A stretch of DNA of 64,000 nucleotides from an uncultured Cyclobacteriaceae bacterium (GTDB lineage: Bacteria > Bacteroidota > Bacteroidia > Cytophagales > Cyclobacteriaceae): NCBI GenBank assembly GCA_943788235.1, contig CALSPM010000002.1, positions 469,983-533,982 of the forward strand. Direction: 5' to 3'. How positions within the stretch are numbered: the stretch's first letter is position 1; the number at the start of each line of letters is the position of its first letter. Below, in pieces: positions 18,538 through 28,900 of the stretch. The position numbers and the translations under genes were made by a program. Under the pieces are notes generated by a model. The model worked only from the letters and a program-made list of their open reading frames with translations. It was not told the origin of the DNA and ran no database searches.

Positions 18538-20139
18538 TCATGATCCAATCCGCTTGGCAGTCAAATCTTGCGTAATTAAATACATTTTCTGTTTATTCAA
18601 AGGGTAAAAGCTCATCACGCCTGCGGCTACGAAGGCAATCAGCGCAGGCACCCAACTCATCAGCATGATGATCCCTGTGGCTGCGCCTTCTGCTGCTACG
18701 GCATCTTGTCCGTCATAATGATACGAGGCCAGTACAAAGCCGATGATCGCTCCAGCGATGCCTCCACCAAATTTAGTTGCCAAAGATCCTGCCGAGTAAA
18801 TAAGTCCGGTGGCACGTCTCCCATGGGTCCATTCGGAATAGTCTGCGGCATCCCCAAGCATCACAAACAGTAAGGTAGGAAACATAGCTGCGGCAAACTC
18901 TGATACCATCCCAATGACAAATATGGGTAATAAGTCATTGGGTCCACAGAAGATAAAAAAGCAATTTACAAGAGCTGAAAAGATTAAGGCCATGATAAAC
19001 AACCGCTTCTTGCCCCATCTTCGGCCTAAGGGAGCCACACTCATGGCCCCCAAGATAGACACCAAGGTCAGCGCAATCATAAAGTTCGAGGCCAATAACT
19101 CATTGTTGAGATAATGCAGGAAATAAATAACAATAATGCCCATTTTGATGGAGGTATAAATATTGAATAGCAAACCAATCACCAACAGCACGAGCCAAGG
19201 CCGATTGCTCAGAAGTTGCTTTAAATCTTTAGCCAAATCTTTCTTTTGGTCCACCGGGGGGTTGACTCGTTCTTTGGTCATAAGAAAGGTCACGACCATG
19301 CAAAGGGCAAGAAATACAGATAATAAATAAATAGATTTACTATAACCCTCCCTTTGATTGATGACCGAGAGGTCCGTCTGATCTATCTCTACCATTCCGG
19401 ATAGAATGAATACATATTCTTGATGGGCTTCCATCTGAAAGCTAATACTTTGCGCAGGAGCTATGTTTGAGGCCGCCTCTTCCTTTAAAATAAATTTTCC
19501 GAATCCTTGCTTGAGATTGATGCGCGCACTCGCTACGTCGACCGGAGCCGTGACCCGAACTTCGTATGAGCTCCCGTCTGGCAATGGCTCCCATTCGATC
19601 GTAGGATTTACATTGCCAAAGAAAACAACCAAATAGAGCAAGGCCCCTTGCACCAACATTCCCCCTGCAAAGGCCCCTACCATGCGATAGGATCCCAAAC
19701 TGGTGCGTTCTTTATCATCACCGGTCATTACCCCCATCAATGCACCATAAGGGATATTATTGGCCGTATAGATCAAGGTAAATAAAATATAGGTGACGTA
19801 GGCATAGAGAATCTTGTCTTGATTTCCCAATTCTGGAGCGGTAAAAAGTAAGGATAAAATGAGGGCTAGGGGGACGGCAGTCCATAATATCCAAGGCCGA
19901 AATTTACCATATTTTGAATTTGATCGGTCTCCTAAAACGCCCATAAAAACATCGCTTAATCCATCACTCGAACGGGCTATAAGCATGAGCAGACCCACCG
20001 AAACGGGATCTAATCCAAACACATCTACGTAGAAAATAAATAAAAACGTAGAAACACCGCGCCAAGCAATATTGGCCGCACCATCACCTAAGGCATAGCC
20101 TATTTTCTCCTTTATTGACAGCTTCTCGTTTATTTCCAT
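18538..20139 (-). CDS. MFS transporter, glycoside-pentoside-hexuronide (GPH) cation symporter family, with an inserted soluble domain
   Basis: N-terminal KIGYALGDGAANIAW and GVLGDRSNSKYGKFRPW (the GPH signature), with 12 TM-like segments. About 93 extra non-hydrophobic residues lie between TM5 and TM6. Confidence 0.8.
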   Translation of the reverse strand: MEINEKLSIKEKIGYALGDGAANIAWRGVSTFLFIFYVDVFGLDPVSVGLLMLIARSSDGLSDVFMGVLGDRSNSKYGKFRPWILWTAVPLALILSLLFTAPELGNQDKILYAYVTYILFTLIYTANNIPYGALMGVMTGDDKERTSLGSYRMVGAFAGGMLVQGALLYLVVFFGNVNPTIEWEPLPDGSSYEVRVTAPVDVASARINLKQGFGKFILKEEAASNIAPAQSISFQMEAHQEYVFILSGMVEIDQTDLSVINQREGYSKSIYLLSVFLALCMVVTFLMTKERVNPPVDQKKDLAKDLKQLLSNRPWLVLLVIGLLFNIYTSIKMGIIVIYFLHYLNNELLASNFMIALTLVSILGAMSVAPLGRRWGKKRLFIMALIFSALVNCFFIFCGPNDLLPIFVIGMVSEFAAAMFPTLLFVMLGDAADYSEWTHGRRATGLIYSAGSLATKFGGGIAGAIIGFVLASYHYDGQDAVAAEGAATGIIMLMSWVPALIAFVAAGVMSFYPLNKQKMYLITQDLTAKRIGS

Positions 20140-20326
20140 TCGAATTAATGAACTGCTTCGGGCGCCCTTCTTCTAGTTTTCAGCACACCTTTATGACCAT
20201 TTATTATACGAGACCAAGGCGCTACCAATTAAAACAAGCTTGGTATCAAAAATAGTTTGACTTCGTTTCATTTTATTCTAATTGAGCGAATATTTATCCT
20301 ATCATATATAAAAAAAATTACCGCAA

Positions 20327-22111
20327 TTAAATGATTTTGTTTTGCTCTAACAAGAAAGTAGCACTTTTGCTATTGCAGATACCCTTTCTCAGCTTGTAAT
20401 CAAAGATTAATTCTTCATTTTTGATCTCACTTTCAAAGCAATAATTAGCCAGCTGATTGGGATAATCCTGCTCCAAATCGCATAATTGAAGATCATGGGT
20501 GGCCAAGAGGCCCGAGGCTTTTTGAGCCATCACCCTTTTTACGATTTTCATCGACCCCAGGATTTTATCGTCTGAGTTGGTCCCCCGCAATATTTCGTCC
20601 ATCAAGAGCAAGCATCTGCCCTTATCCAACTGGGCCATGACGGCTTTTAACTTTTGGACCTCAGCAAAGAAGTAGGATTTCCCCTCGCTCAATGAATCTG
20701 CATGTCTCATCGTGGCCATCATCGGAAATGGATGTATTTGGGCCTGATCACTACACACCGGGGCTCCCATTTTGGCCAAAGCAAAGTTGATCCCTAAGGC
20801 GCGTAAAAAGGTACTTTTTCCAGACATGTTAGAACCCGTCAGTAAAATGAATTTTGAGTCCTGAAGCGTAAGGGTATTGGTGACCGATTCATTTTTGGCT
20901 ACCATCGGATGGCCCATATTTTTAAATTCAATCTGAAATCGGTCATTAAGGCTAGGGAAAACGTACTCCGGGTTGTTATATGAAAAACGAGCAAAACTAT
21001 TTAAACTCTCAAATTGTCCCAGGGCTTGTATCCATGTGATTAAGTGGTCACCAAATCTTTGCTTCCATTTTAACATTAAGGTTCTTACATTTAGGTGATA
21101 GAGAAAAAATCCACCCAATAAGAGAGCCGCGAAAGGATTGCGAAAACTCCCCAAGCGATGCACAATGTCTGACAATCGCTTGACATGGCCATGTGCTGAA
21201 CGTTTCTCATAATATGTAGATGTCTGAAGATCCGCCAAGTAAGCACTTTTAAAGTCTTGCTGGCCGATGTGCGACAAGAGCAAGCCATATTTCTTGAGGA
21301 TCTGATCTATGTGATCGGCCACGATGAGATCTTCATTGATTTTTCTGTAATACAGCCCTGTGATTAGCCAATTAATCAATACCGCTGTGGAACCCAAGTC
21401 ATAGTAAATTTCCGATTTTAGAAAATAGTAGGACATGAACAAGGCCACGGGTAGTGCTCCGAGGACCAAAAATAGCACATTGACTGCTTTTGGAATAGTT
21501 TTTTTCTTTTTCAAGGTCCATGCCGTCAATGATTCAATATGCCCTTCCTCGTCCTTCACTTCTATCGCAATGGCCGCAAAGGATTGGCGCCACTCGATCT
21601 GGGCTGAAAGTTCTTTTATCGCCGCCTGCCGATCCTTGATTGACTGAGGTTCATGGTTTTCTAAGAAATCGTTTTTTAAGGTCTGTAAGCCTAAAAAAGT
21701 TCGGGTATGATTGATTAAATGGAACAAAGATTTGGGACCAAAAAAATCTAAGTCATACGCGTAGTCATGACGAGGATCAGAAAACTCACTACCGTCATTA
21801 TGCTCATCAAAAACCAATTTATTAGATGAAATAATTTCTCTATTATTAAGATTTATTTTATTAATAATCAGTGTTTTATACCAGTTAATCTGATCTGTTT
21901 GTTTAATAAAAAAGAGAAAAGTACCTATTAAGCCTAAACCCATTAAAAATGCTCCTATCACTTGCCCTTCGCGGTAGAGTAACACCGGTAGGATAAAAGC
22001 AACTGTCACTAGTAATCGGAAAATCAAAATGCCAAGTGCTTTCTTTTTCAAAACCTTCAGAACGGCTTCATCTTGGTGAAGTAACGTACGATACTGTTCC
22101 AGAGATGTCAT
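20327..22111 (-). CDS. membrane-anchored MutS-related protein (MutS domain V ATPase only)
   Basis: TM pairs near residues 30-70 and 210-260. The C-terminal part has TGSNMSGKSTFLRALG (Walker A), LMDEILRGTNSDD and ATHD. No mismatch-binding domain. Confidence 0.75.
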   Translation of the reverse strand: MTSLEQYRTLLHQDEAVLKVLKKKALGILIFRLLVTVAFILPVLLYREGQVIGAFLMGLGLIGTFLFFIKQTDQINWYKTLIINKINLNNREIISSNKLVFDEHNDGSEFSDPRHDYAYDLDFFGPKSLFHLINHTRTFLGLQTLKNDFLENHEPQSIKDRQAAIKELSAQIEWRQSFAAIAIEVKDEEGHIESLTAWTLKKKKTIPKAVNVLFLVLGALPVALFMSYYFLKSEIYYDLGSTAVLINWLITGLYYRKINEDLIVADHIDQILKKYGLLLSHIGQQDFKSAYLADLQTSTYYEKRSAHGHVKRLSDIVHRLGSFRNPFAALLLGGFFLYHLNVRTLMLKWKQRFGDHLITWIQALGQFESLNSFARFSYNNPEYVFPSLNDRFQIEFKNMGHPMVAKNESVTNTLTLQDSKFILLTGSNMSGKSTFLRALGINFALAKMGAPVCSDQAQIHPFPMMATMRHADSLSEGKSYFFAEVQKLKAVMAQLDKGRCLLLMDEILRGTNSDDKILGSMKIVKRVMAQKASGLLATHDLQLCDLEQDYPNQLANYCFESEIKNEELIFDYKLRKGICNSKSATFLLEQNKII

Positions 22112-22270
22112 CTTTTGTTAACGAGTGATTTAGTTTTTAAATACATAAATTTAATCTGAATAAAGTAGAGAGGCTGCGATGAGAATTACCATCACATGGC
22201 ACCTGTAACATCGATCCAATGGTCTAAAAAGTGTTATGTTACAGTATATAAATTTTTACCTCTCAAAGCT

Positions 22271-23245
22271 TTAATAATCAAAAACAAAACCAACACCTAA
22301 TAGTTCCTTAAACTGCGTTCGAGGACCATATCCATCGATTATACCATCCTTATTGTTGTCTACAGAAACTTTAGTATCATGATCATAGTATAAATGCGTA
22401 TTGATATTTACGGATAGCAATTTATTGACTTTCATGACAACTAGCAATTCCCAATTTACATCTAGATTTTCTGGTGAAACCAAATAATTGGTAAATAAAT
22501 TTAGTTTTGAATTTACACTGATATTATTGAGCATTTCTTGCTTAAAGTCATTCTGTATAAAGTTTATAGAAACATAACCTCCGAATTCACTACGATATCT
22601 GCGTCCTTGTTTGATCACAACGCCCAAGTCATCATAAACTGCACCTTCGAGGCCAAAAGCACCTTGATTGGCCAGCTGCTGATCATTGACAAAAGTAAAT
22701 TTACTAGTAAAAGGTGCCAATACTACACTAACAGCCCCCTGTGGTTTAAAGTCAAACCCCAATGAGGATACTAGATATGCAGGAGCCAAAAAATTAGCTA
22801 TTTTTTGCTTGTTTTCATTAAGACCTATAGCCATCTGTGAATCAAAATTCAATAAAACAGTGTAATTTAACGAATCATTGATGCGGTGTCCAAATTTCGA
22901 GGCAATGTGAAGCTTATCATCGGTTTTGCGATACCGCTCATTGCTTTGCTTCATAAAACCATAACCAACATTAATTGTATTTTCCCAACTTATTTTATCG
23001 TAATTATAATTTGAAAAATATTTTACCAATCCATTCACGGCAAAGTTGTTTTCACCTCCAGCTGCCCAATTGATCAATGCCGCTTGTGCCAAACTCAAAG
23101 AAAAAATAACCTTATTTTCCCAGTTTGAGATGGTATCTATTTCCCGAAACTCTTGATTAGTGAATTTAACCAGATCATTTCCAACTCCCTTACGAGCTAA
23201 AACTATCAAAAAAAGAAAGCTAAAAATGCTCAGTATTCTTACCAT
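22271..23245 (-). CDS. outer-membrane beta-barrel-like protein (DUF3078-like)
   Basis: Signal peptide MVRILSIFSFLFLIVLA, an alternating beta-strand pattern, and a C-terminal aromatic end GVGFVFDY. Confidence 0.5.
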   Translation of the reverse strand: MVRILSIFSFLFLIVLARKGVGNDLVKFTNQEFREIDTISNWENKVIFSLSLAQAALINWAAGGENNFAVNGLVKYFSNYNYDKISWENTINVGYGFMKQSNERYRKTDDKLHIASKFGHRINDSLNYTVLLNFDSQMAIGLNENKQKIANFLAPAYLVSSLGFDFKPQGAVSVVLAPFTSKFTFVNDQQLANQGAFGLEGAVYDDLGVVIKQGRRYRSEFGGYVSINFIQNDFKQEMLNNISVNSKLNLFTNYLVSPENLDVNWELLVVMKVNKLLSVNINTHLYYDHDTKVSVDNNKDGIIDGYGPRTQFKELLGVGFVFDY

Positions 23246-23274
23246 GATTAACTAATGCCTTTTAAAAATAAATA

Positions 23275-23300
23275 ATATATGATGTTGTAACATCATATAT
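23275..23300. repeat. 26-bp palindrome ATATATGATGTT-GT-AACATCATATAT
   Basis: Perfect 12-bp arms. Sits between the stop of the MFS gene (23421) and the start of the DUF3078-like gene (23245). Confidence 0.8.
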
Positions 23301-23420
23301 CTATGACGGTTTAAAGTTGAACGCAAATCCACCCAATTTCTGTGACAATTACAAAAAAAATCATCTTGAATAATAACTTGTCTAAGAAATTTTGAATTTA
23401 GTACGGATTAAAAAGCAATA

Positions 23421-24833
23421 TTAGACTTTGCGAGCCGCCAACTCTACGGAAATTTCTTTGGCTTTTTCCTCGGTAATTTCATAATCTCTCATCACGTAAA
23501 TAGCCAATAAAGTCCCCAATATAGGTAATCCAGAGAAAAATAATCGTAAGCCATATAATGCTTCTTCGGTTTGAGTAGCACCTCCAGATTCCCAACCTAT
23601 TACAGATAAAATCACACCACTCAATCCTCCAGCAATACCAAATCCAAATTTTACCATCCACCAATATATGGCACCAAAAACACCCTCACGTCTTTTTCCA
23701 GTATTCAACTCATCTAAGTCAATCACATCTGCTGTCATTGACATCATCAGCGTAAATAAACCACCAATCCCAAAAGAGAAAAAAGGTAATGCAAATAAAA
23801 ACAAATAAGGCTTTCCAGGAATAAATAAAAACCAAAGCATAATATATCCTATGATAGAAACTGATTGTGAAATTATAAATGCTTTCTTTTTACCTACTTT
23901 GTTTGAAAGTATAGTTACTACAGGGATCACCAAGAAAGTGGTTACTAAAGCCCCGACACTTCCAAAAAGAGTAGGCCACCACCAGGCTCCATCAGGGCCT
24001 GTTATTCCATTAAATAAAAAGAAAACAATGATGAAGTAGGTAAATGCTGCAACCGTATTGAAAGCATTAAAAATTAAAAAAGTGGCAATACATAATTTTC
24101 TAAATGCTTTTATTTTGAATGCCTGACTAAAGTTGATAACAAATATGGTGTACAAACTTTTAATGATGTTATTAAAAGTAATGCTATCATAATCTTGATT
24201 TAAAGTTGATTTACTCTTTATGAAAATAGCCGGTATTATTGCAAAAGTCATACACACTAAACCCACCCATATTGCTAGCTTTCTTACTGCAATTTCACTA
24301 GATTCAAAAAGGTTTTGATCATCCATAATGACCCAAAACCAAGGAGCAATGACCCATGCCCACTGTCCAATAAATTGAGCGACAGCCATAATATTTGTCC
24401 TTTCGTGAAAATCATCGCTCATTTCATATCCCATGGCTACATACGGAACACTAAATATTGTCAACCCGACATAAAACAATAATGACCATAAAAGAAAGTA
24501 GGTGAAGTTATAATCAATGGTACTTTCTTTGTGCAGCTGCCACATGACAATGAATGAAAAGCCCATTATGATAGCTCCTAAAAAAACATATTGACGTCTA
24601 CGCCCCCATTTGGATTTGGTATTATCAGAGATAAAACCCATAATCGGATCGGTTATGGCATCAAAAAGTCTTGGGAAAATCATAACAAATCCCCACATCC
24701 ATCCAGGAAAGCCTAAACTCTGAACAAGAACTACAATAAAAATACCTATTACGGCTGGAAACATCTGATTGGCGAGCATGCCAAATCCAAATGCTATTTT
24801 TTGACCGTAAGGAACTTTATGATATGTAGACAT
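23421..24833 (-). CDS. MFS transporter, GPH family sugar symporter
   Basis: KIAFGFGMLANQ, and GFISDNTKSKWGRRRQY (GPH signature). 12 TM-like segments, 470 aa. Confidence 0.8.
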   Translation of the reverse strand: MSTYHKVPYGQKIAFGFGMLANQMFPAVIGIFIVVLVQSLGFPGWMWGFVMIFPRLFDAITDPIMGFISDNTKSKWGRRRQYVFLGAIIMGFSFIVMWQLHKESTIDYNFTYFLLWSLLFYVGLTIFSVPYVAMGYEMSDDFHERTNIMAVAQFIGQWAWVIAPWFWVIMDDQNLFESSEIAVRKLAIWVGLVCMTFAIIPAIFIKSKSTLNQDYDSITFNNIIKSLYTIFVINFSQAFKIKAFRKLCIATFLIFNAFNTVAAFTYFIIVFFLFNGITGPDGAWWWPTLFGSVGALVTTFLVIPVVTILSNKVGKKKAFIISQSVSIIGYIMLWFLFIPGKPYLFLFALPFFSFGIGGLFTLMMSMTADVIDLDELNTGKRREGVFGAIYWWMVKFGFGIAGGLSGVILSVIGWESGGATQTEEALYGLRLFFSGLPILGTLLAIYVMRDYEITEEKAKEISVELAARKV

Positions 24834-24835
24834 GA

Positions 24836-25837
24836 TTATTGTTTTTTGTTAAACCGATCTTTAATTACATCAAAAGTTAGCTTTTTATTTCTATTGATGT
24901 CAACAATACCCCAATATTCTTCATTAGGTGTCCCGTCATAAGGAACACCGCTACTATTAGGAGCCCATCCCCCTACGTCCTGTACATTAGGATTTCCCGC
25001 CTTCCATAAGCCATCGGTAAATGAAAAGATAAATAGGCCTGTGTTATGTTCCGCGTTTTTGAGAACTTCATCCACAATAATCGCATTTGCTACTGCCTGA
25101 GCCCTTTGATTTTCACCCGCCTCAAACCCAGCCTTAGCTATGGCCATATAACTGTCTGCTCCACTTTCAGAAAAATACATGGGCTTATCGCTCAACTTTT
25201 TCCAATCTTCTATAATTGATGCGGGTTGATCCCATCGGTACACATTCATACCCCATATATCAATGTTGGAACACATACCTCGTGCTAACTCATTTGGCAG
25301 TTCACCATGTGCGGTGGCAACTGGGTGGGTTTTGTCCAACTCATGAATGAGCGCTGCAGCCTCATTAAGTGTTTGATACCAGTTTTTTATGTCGCTATTG
25401 AACCACTCAGGATGATAATTATATTCATTCCCAAGCTCCCAAGCCAAAATAGATGGGTGATACTTGTACTTCTCTACATAGTCTAAATAGGTACCTGATA
25501 AAATATCAAAAGTACCTTTTTGATCGTATCCAAAACTGATAATGACCTTAAGACCTGCCACCCAAATTTTATCAAGTACTTCTTCTGATATGATAGGTTC
25601 ATATACTCTGATGGTGTTGATACCCGCCTCTATCATTAAAGACAAATCCTGATCTATCAAGTCAAAAGACCGCCTAGTACTACCCTGAGGTACGGGATGG
25701 TAACAAATACCTTTGATGAAGTAAGTCTCATTATTTACCAATAAATGCTTACCTGATATGGTGACAAGATTTAAGTTAGGATCCGGTTTGCACGCAAGGA
25801 CTAGAATGAGAATGAATACTGCTTTCTGTATTTTCAT
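24836..25837 (-). CDS. lipoprotein glycoside hydrolase, (beta/alpha)8 clan GH-A-like (candidate beta-1,3-glucanase; GH158- or GH72-like motifs)
   Basis: Lipobox LVLAC, GICYHP, GINTIRVYEP, WELGNEYNY (candidate acid/base NE) and YFSESGADS (candidate nucleophile). The stop is 2 nt from the MFS start. Confidence 0.5.
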   Translation of the reverse strand: MKIQKAVFILILVLACKPDPNLNLVTISGKHLLVNNETYFIKGICYHPVPQGSTRRSFDLIDQDLSLMIEAGINTIRVYEPIISEEVLDKIWVAGLKVIISFGYDQKGTFDILSGTYLDYVEKYKYHPSILAWELGNEYNYHPEWFNSDIKNWYQTLNEAAALIHELDKTHPVATAHGELPNELARGMCSNIDIWGMNVYRWDQPASIIEDWKKLSDKPMYFSESGADSYMAIAKAGFEAGENQRAQAVANAIIVDEVLKNAEHNTGLFIFSFTDGLWKAGNPNVQDVGGWAPNSSGVPYDGTPNEEYWGIVDINRNKKLTFDVIKDRFNKKQ

Positions 25838-25917
25838 TTTATCTAATAATAACTATGTCTACCCGTAGACTATTTATTTTGTTTATGAATAAATCCATCC
25901 TTAGTATCTTGGATTTA

Positions 25918-28900
25918 CTAATTTCTTGTCAAAAAAACGACTAATTTATGGATCTCATGGGTTCTTTTAAATATCATGCTACTCAAAGTCAAATCTAATT
26001 GGTTTCCCTCAATGATCCGTTTTGCCCCGCTATTATAATGGACTTCAATTTTTGAAGTTTGTGAGGCTTGATAAATGATGGGTATCTGACAATAAGTAAA
26101 GCCTAAGCTATCCTTTTCAAGTTCAATTGAACATCTTTTCTTGAGTACATTGACGTAAACATAGTCTTGCTTTTCCGTCAAAAATTCATCTTGTCGCAAC
26201 ATAAAGGGATTAAATGTCAAAATGCCCTCTTGCACCTCAATACCTAGTTCTCCCCATCTACTCAAAAGGTCTTCTTTTACTTGACCAGTCATCCCAGGCT
26301 GCTGGGCACCCTTACCTCCGGGTGTATGTGAATAAGCATCTGTGGAAAAAGCGCCATATAATTCTGGAGATTTATTGACTCCAATACCTTCGTTGATCTC
26401 AAAATAATGATCAAATAACCTACCAACAAGGGCCTTGTCTTCCTTTTGCTTCACAGCATCCTTAGTGATCTCGAAAGTAGCTAATAATAACTTTGAGACC
26501 ATATGCCAATAGATAGAGCCCAGACCTTCATATCCAAAGAATGTTCCAGACCTTCCGGTAAAAGATTTATGATTAAATACGCCCTCGAAGATTTGATATA
26601 GGGCCTCAGATTCTCCTTCTGCCCATGCTTGATATATCTCAGGAAGCGATTCGAGGGCAGCTTTAAGAGAGTTGACATTATTGAAAGCGCCATTGAAGTG
26701 ATATTCTCCAAGTGCATCTCTTTCAACTACGTCAACATTCTTGTGATCAATCAACGTTGTCAGGAGATCTGAACTTGATATGACCTCCGGGGGTATGGTA
26801 TTCTTCGCAACAAACCTAGGTAAGATTTTATTGGGGTAAAGTACATAACTGAATTGATCGACCCTAAACAAACTACTAGACTTCAACCCGTCCAAAACCT
26901 CTAAACTCTCACTTGAAGATAAAAATCCTGAACTCAATACTGCTACTTGCCCTTCGAGCATTTCTGGTAGGTAGGAAATTGCAACTTCATTCTTACCTTT
27001 TACGGTCATCAAATTATAGGCATGATAAAGGTGGTCCGTTCTTTTGTTGGCCTTGATAGAATGGGCTAAGAACAAACTTGATAGATCAACAAATGAAGTA
27101 ATCTCCGCTGTATGCACTTTTACTTTTTGTCCTGAAAACTTTTGCTTGTAAATGATCTTTCTGAAAGAACTTCCCGCACTTCCTAAGCCATCCAATACCC
27201 TTTTACGCTCTTTATCAGAAATTGTACCCCTCAATAATCCCTGATTTTGAGCTAAAACATGGTTGAGTTCAATTAAAAATTGCTTTAACTCTACTGAGAT
27301 CTCAATATCCTCTTGATCATATTTACTTAAAATATTGTCAAAAAACTTAAGAAACCTTTTTAGGTAGTACAAGGTAACCATTGAGACACCATTTCCAACC
27401 AAAGCATTATTAGCATCATTCCACTCGGGGCGTTGGGTGTTCATCCAAATCCCACCCTCAGGGATGAAATTTGACATTTTAGCTAAAACAGTGGCTAAGA
27501 CTTTCTCAATGAAGTTGACCTTATAAATTTGATCATTAGCATCAGTAAGCAAAGCACCATCTGCACCAATTTTTGCACGTTGCGCTTGTATACGCGCTTC
27601 ATTTTCATAATCGTAAACAATGGTATCTTTCGGATTTTCTAATAAATCTTCATAATCCTTTATCAGATAAGGCACATTGGCATAAACAAACAAATTCTTC
27701 GAAAAAGACTCAGCTAGTTTATTAGGATAATAGTTTTCAATGAACTCCAAAAATTTGAGTAGATAAATGATTTGATGATCCCCCCAATAACCAATATACG
27801 CCCATGGATTACCTGGCTCTATGGTCTCCCAGTCAAATCCATCTTTGGTAACGCGGTAAGGATTGTAGCCATCAAACGTAGTGGCATTTAAGAACTTATG
27901 TATCATTCCTTCAATGAATTCCGGATATGAATAAGCCAGTGCCTCCCAATTTTGAAAAAGATCTCTCCAATTCCCCTGATAATCCAATATTTTGGAGCCA
28001 TCTACTTCACTCTTCGTATTGATTGAGAACTGATTCCATGGGCGACTCGGATCGCCGTGTCTTCTGCTGAACATTAAGGGCAAGTACTCCGTACATAATC
28101 TTTTAAAATCAGCGTCGCTTCCCTTTTTAGCCACTTGACGTAAATGATTGAGATCAAACACCCCAGGTAAGTTATCTAGAAGCACTTTTTTACCTGCAAA
28201 TACATTTTTATTGGCTTTTGCCAAGTAATCCAAAAAGTCTGTCTTTCCTATCTGATAATTATGATCGAAAATACCCCCACGCATGATGTTGAACATGGTA
28301 TTGGAGAAATGACGAATATTACGGGGTCTATGTGCGGACAACCTCAATCCATCTGCGCCACCCACCAATTCAAGTAAATGCATCGAGCCTGCTTCAATGT
28401 CTTTGTTGATTTGATCCAGAAGATCTTCTTTTGATTTGAGTTTTTCCTTAATATCAATAATGTCTGAAATCGATTGATTCACATCAGCGGCAATGAGCCA
28501 ATTTTTTTCTTCTTTTGCTGAAAGTGAAATTTCTTCATGCAGAAAATAAGCGCCTTTTTCTGCCTTAATATCATCTTCTTGGATAAGCGTACCCCCTCTT
28601 CTAAAAGTATCTAGTTGCTTGGAGGAAAGTAGTTTTTTTGCCTGATCCAAACCCAAAGACCAAACCACACTCGCCTTTAATGCTTCGCTAGGCTCTGCCC
28701 TATCCACTATGATCGCACTTAAAGAATAGATACCCATACCAGAATCTACCTCTAATTCACATTTTTTGTAGGCATCTACCAGGTTACTACTACCGTTTTG
28801 TACGGATTGCTCTACGCCGTAAGGCAGTAAGTTTTGAATCCCATCTATTAAGGAAAGAGTGACCGCAGCTTTACCTTGATTGGTGATGGTAGATTTTTTA

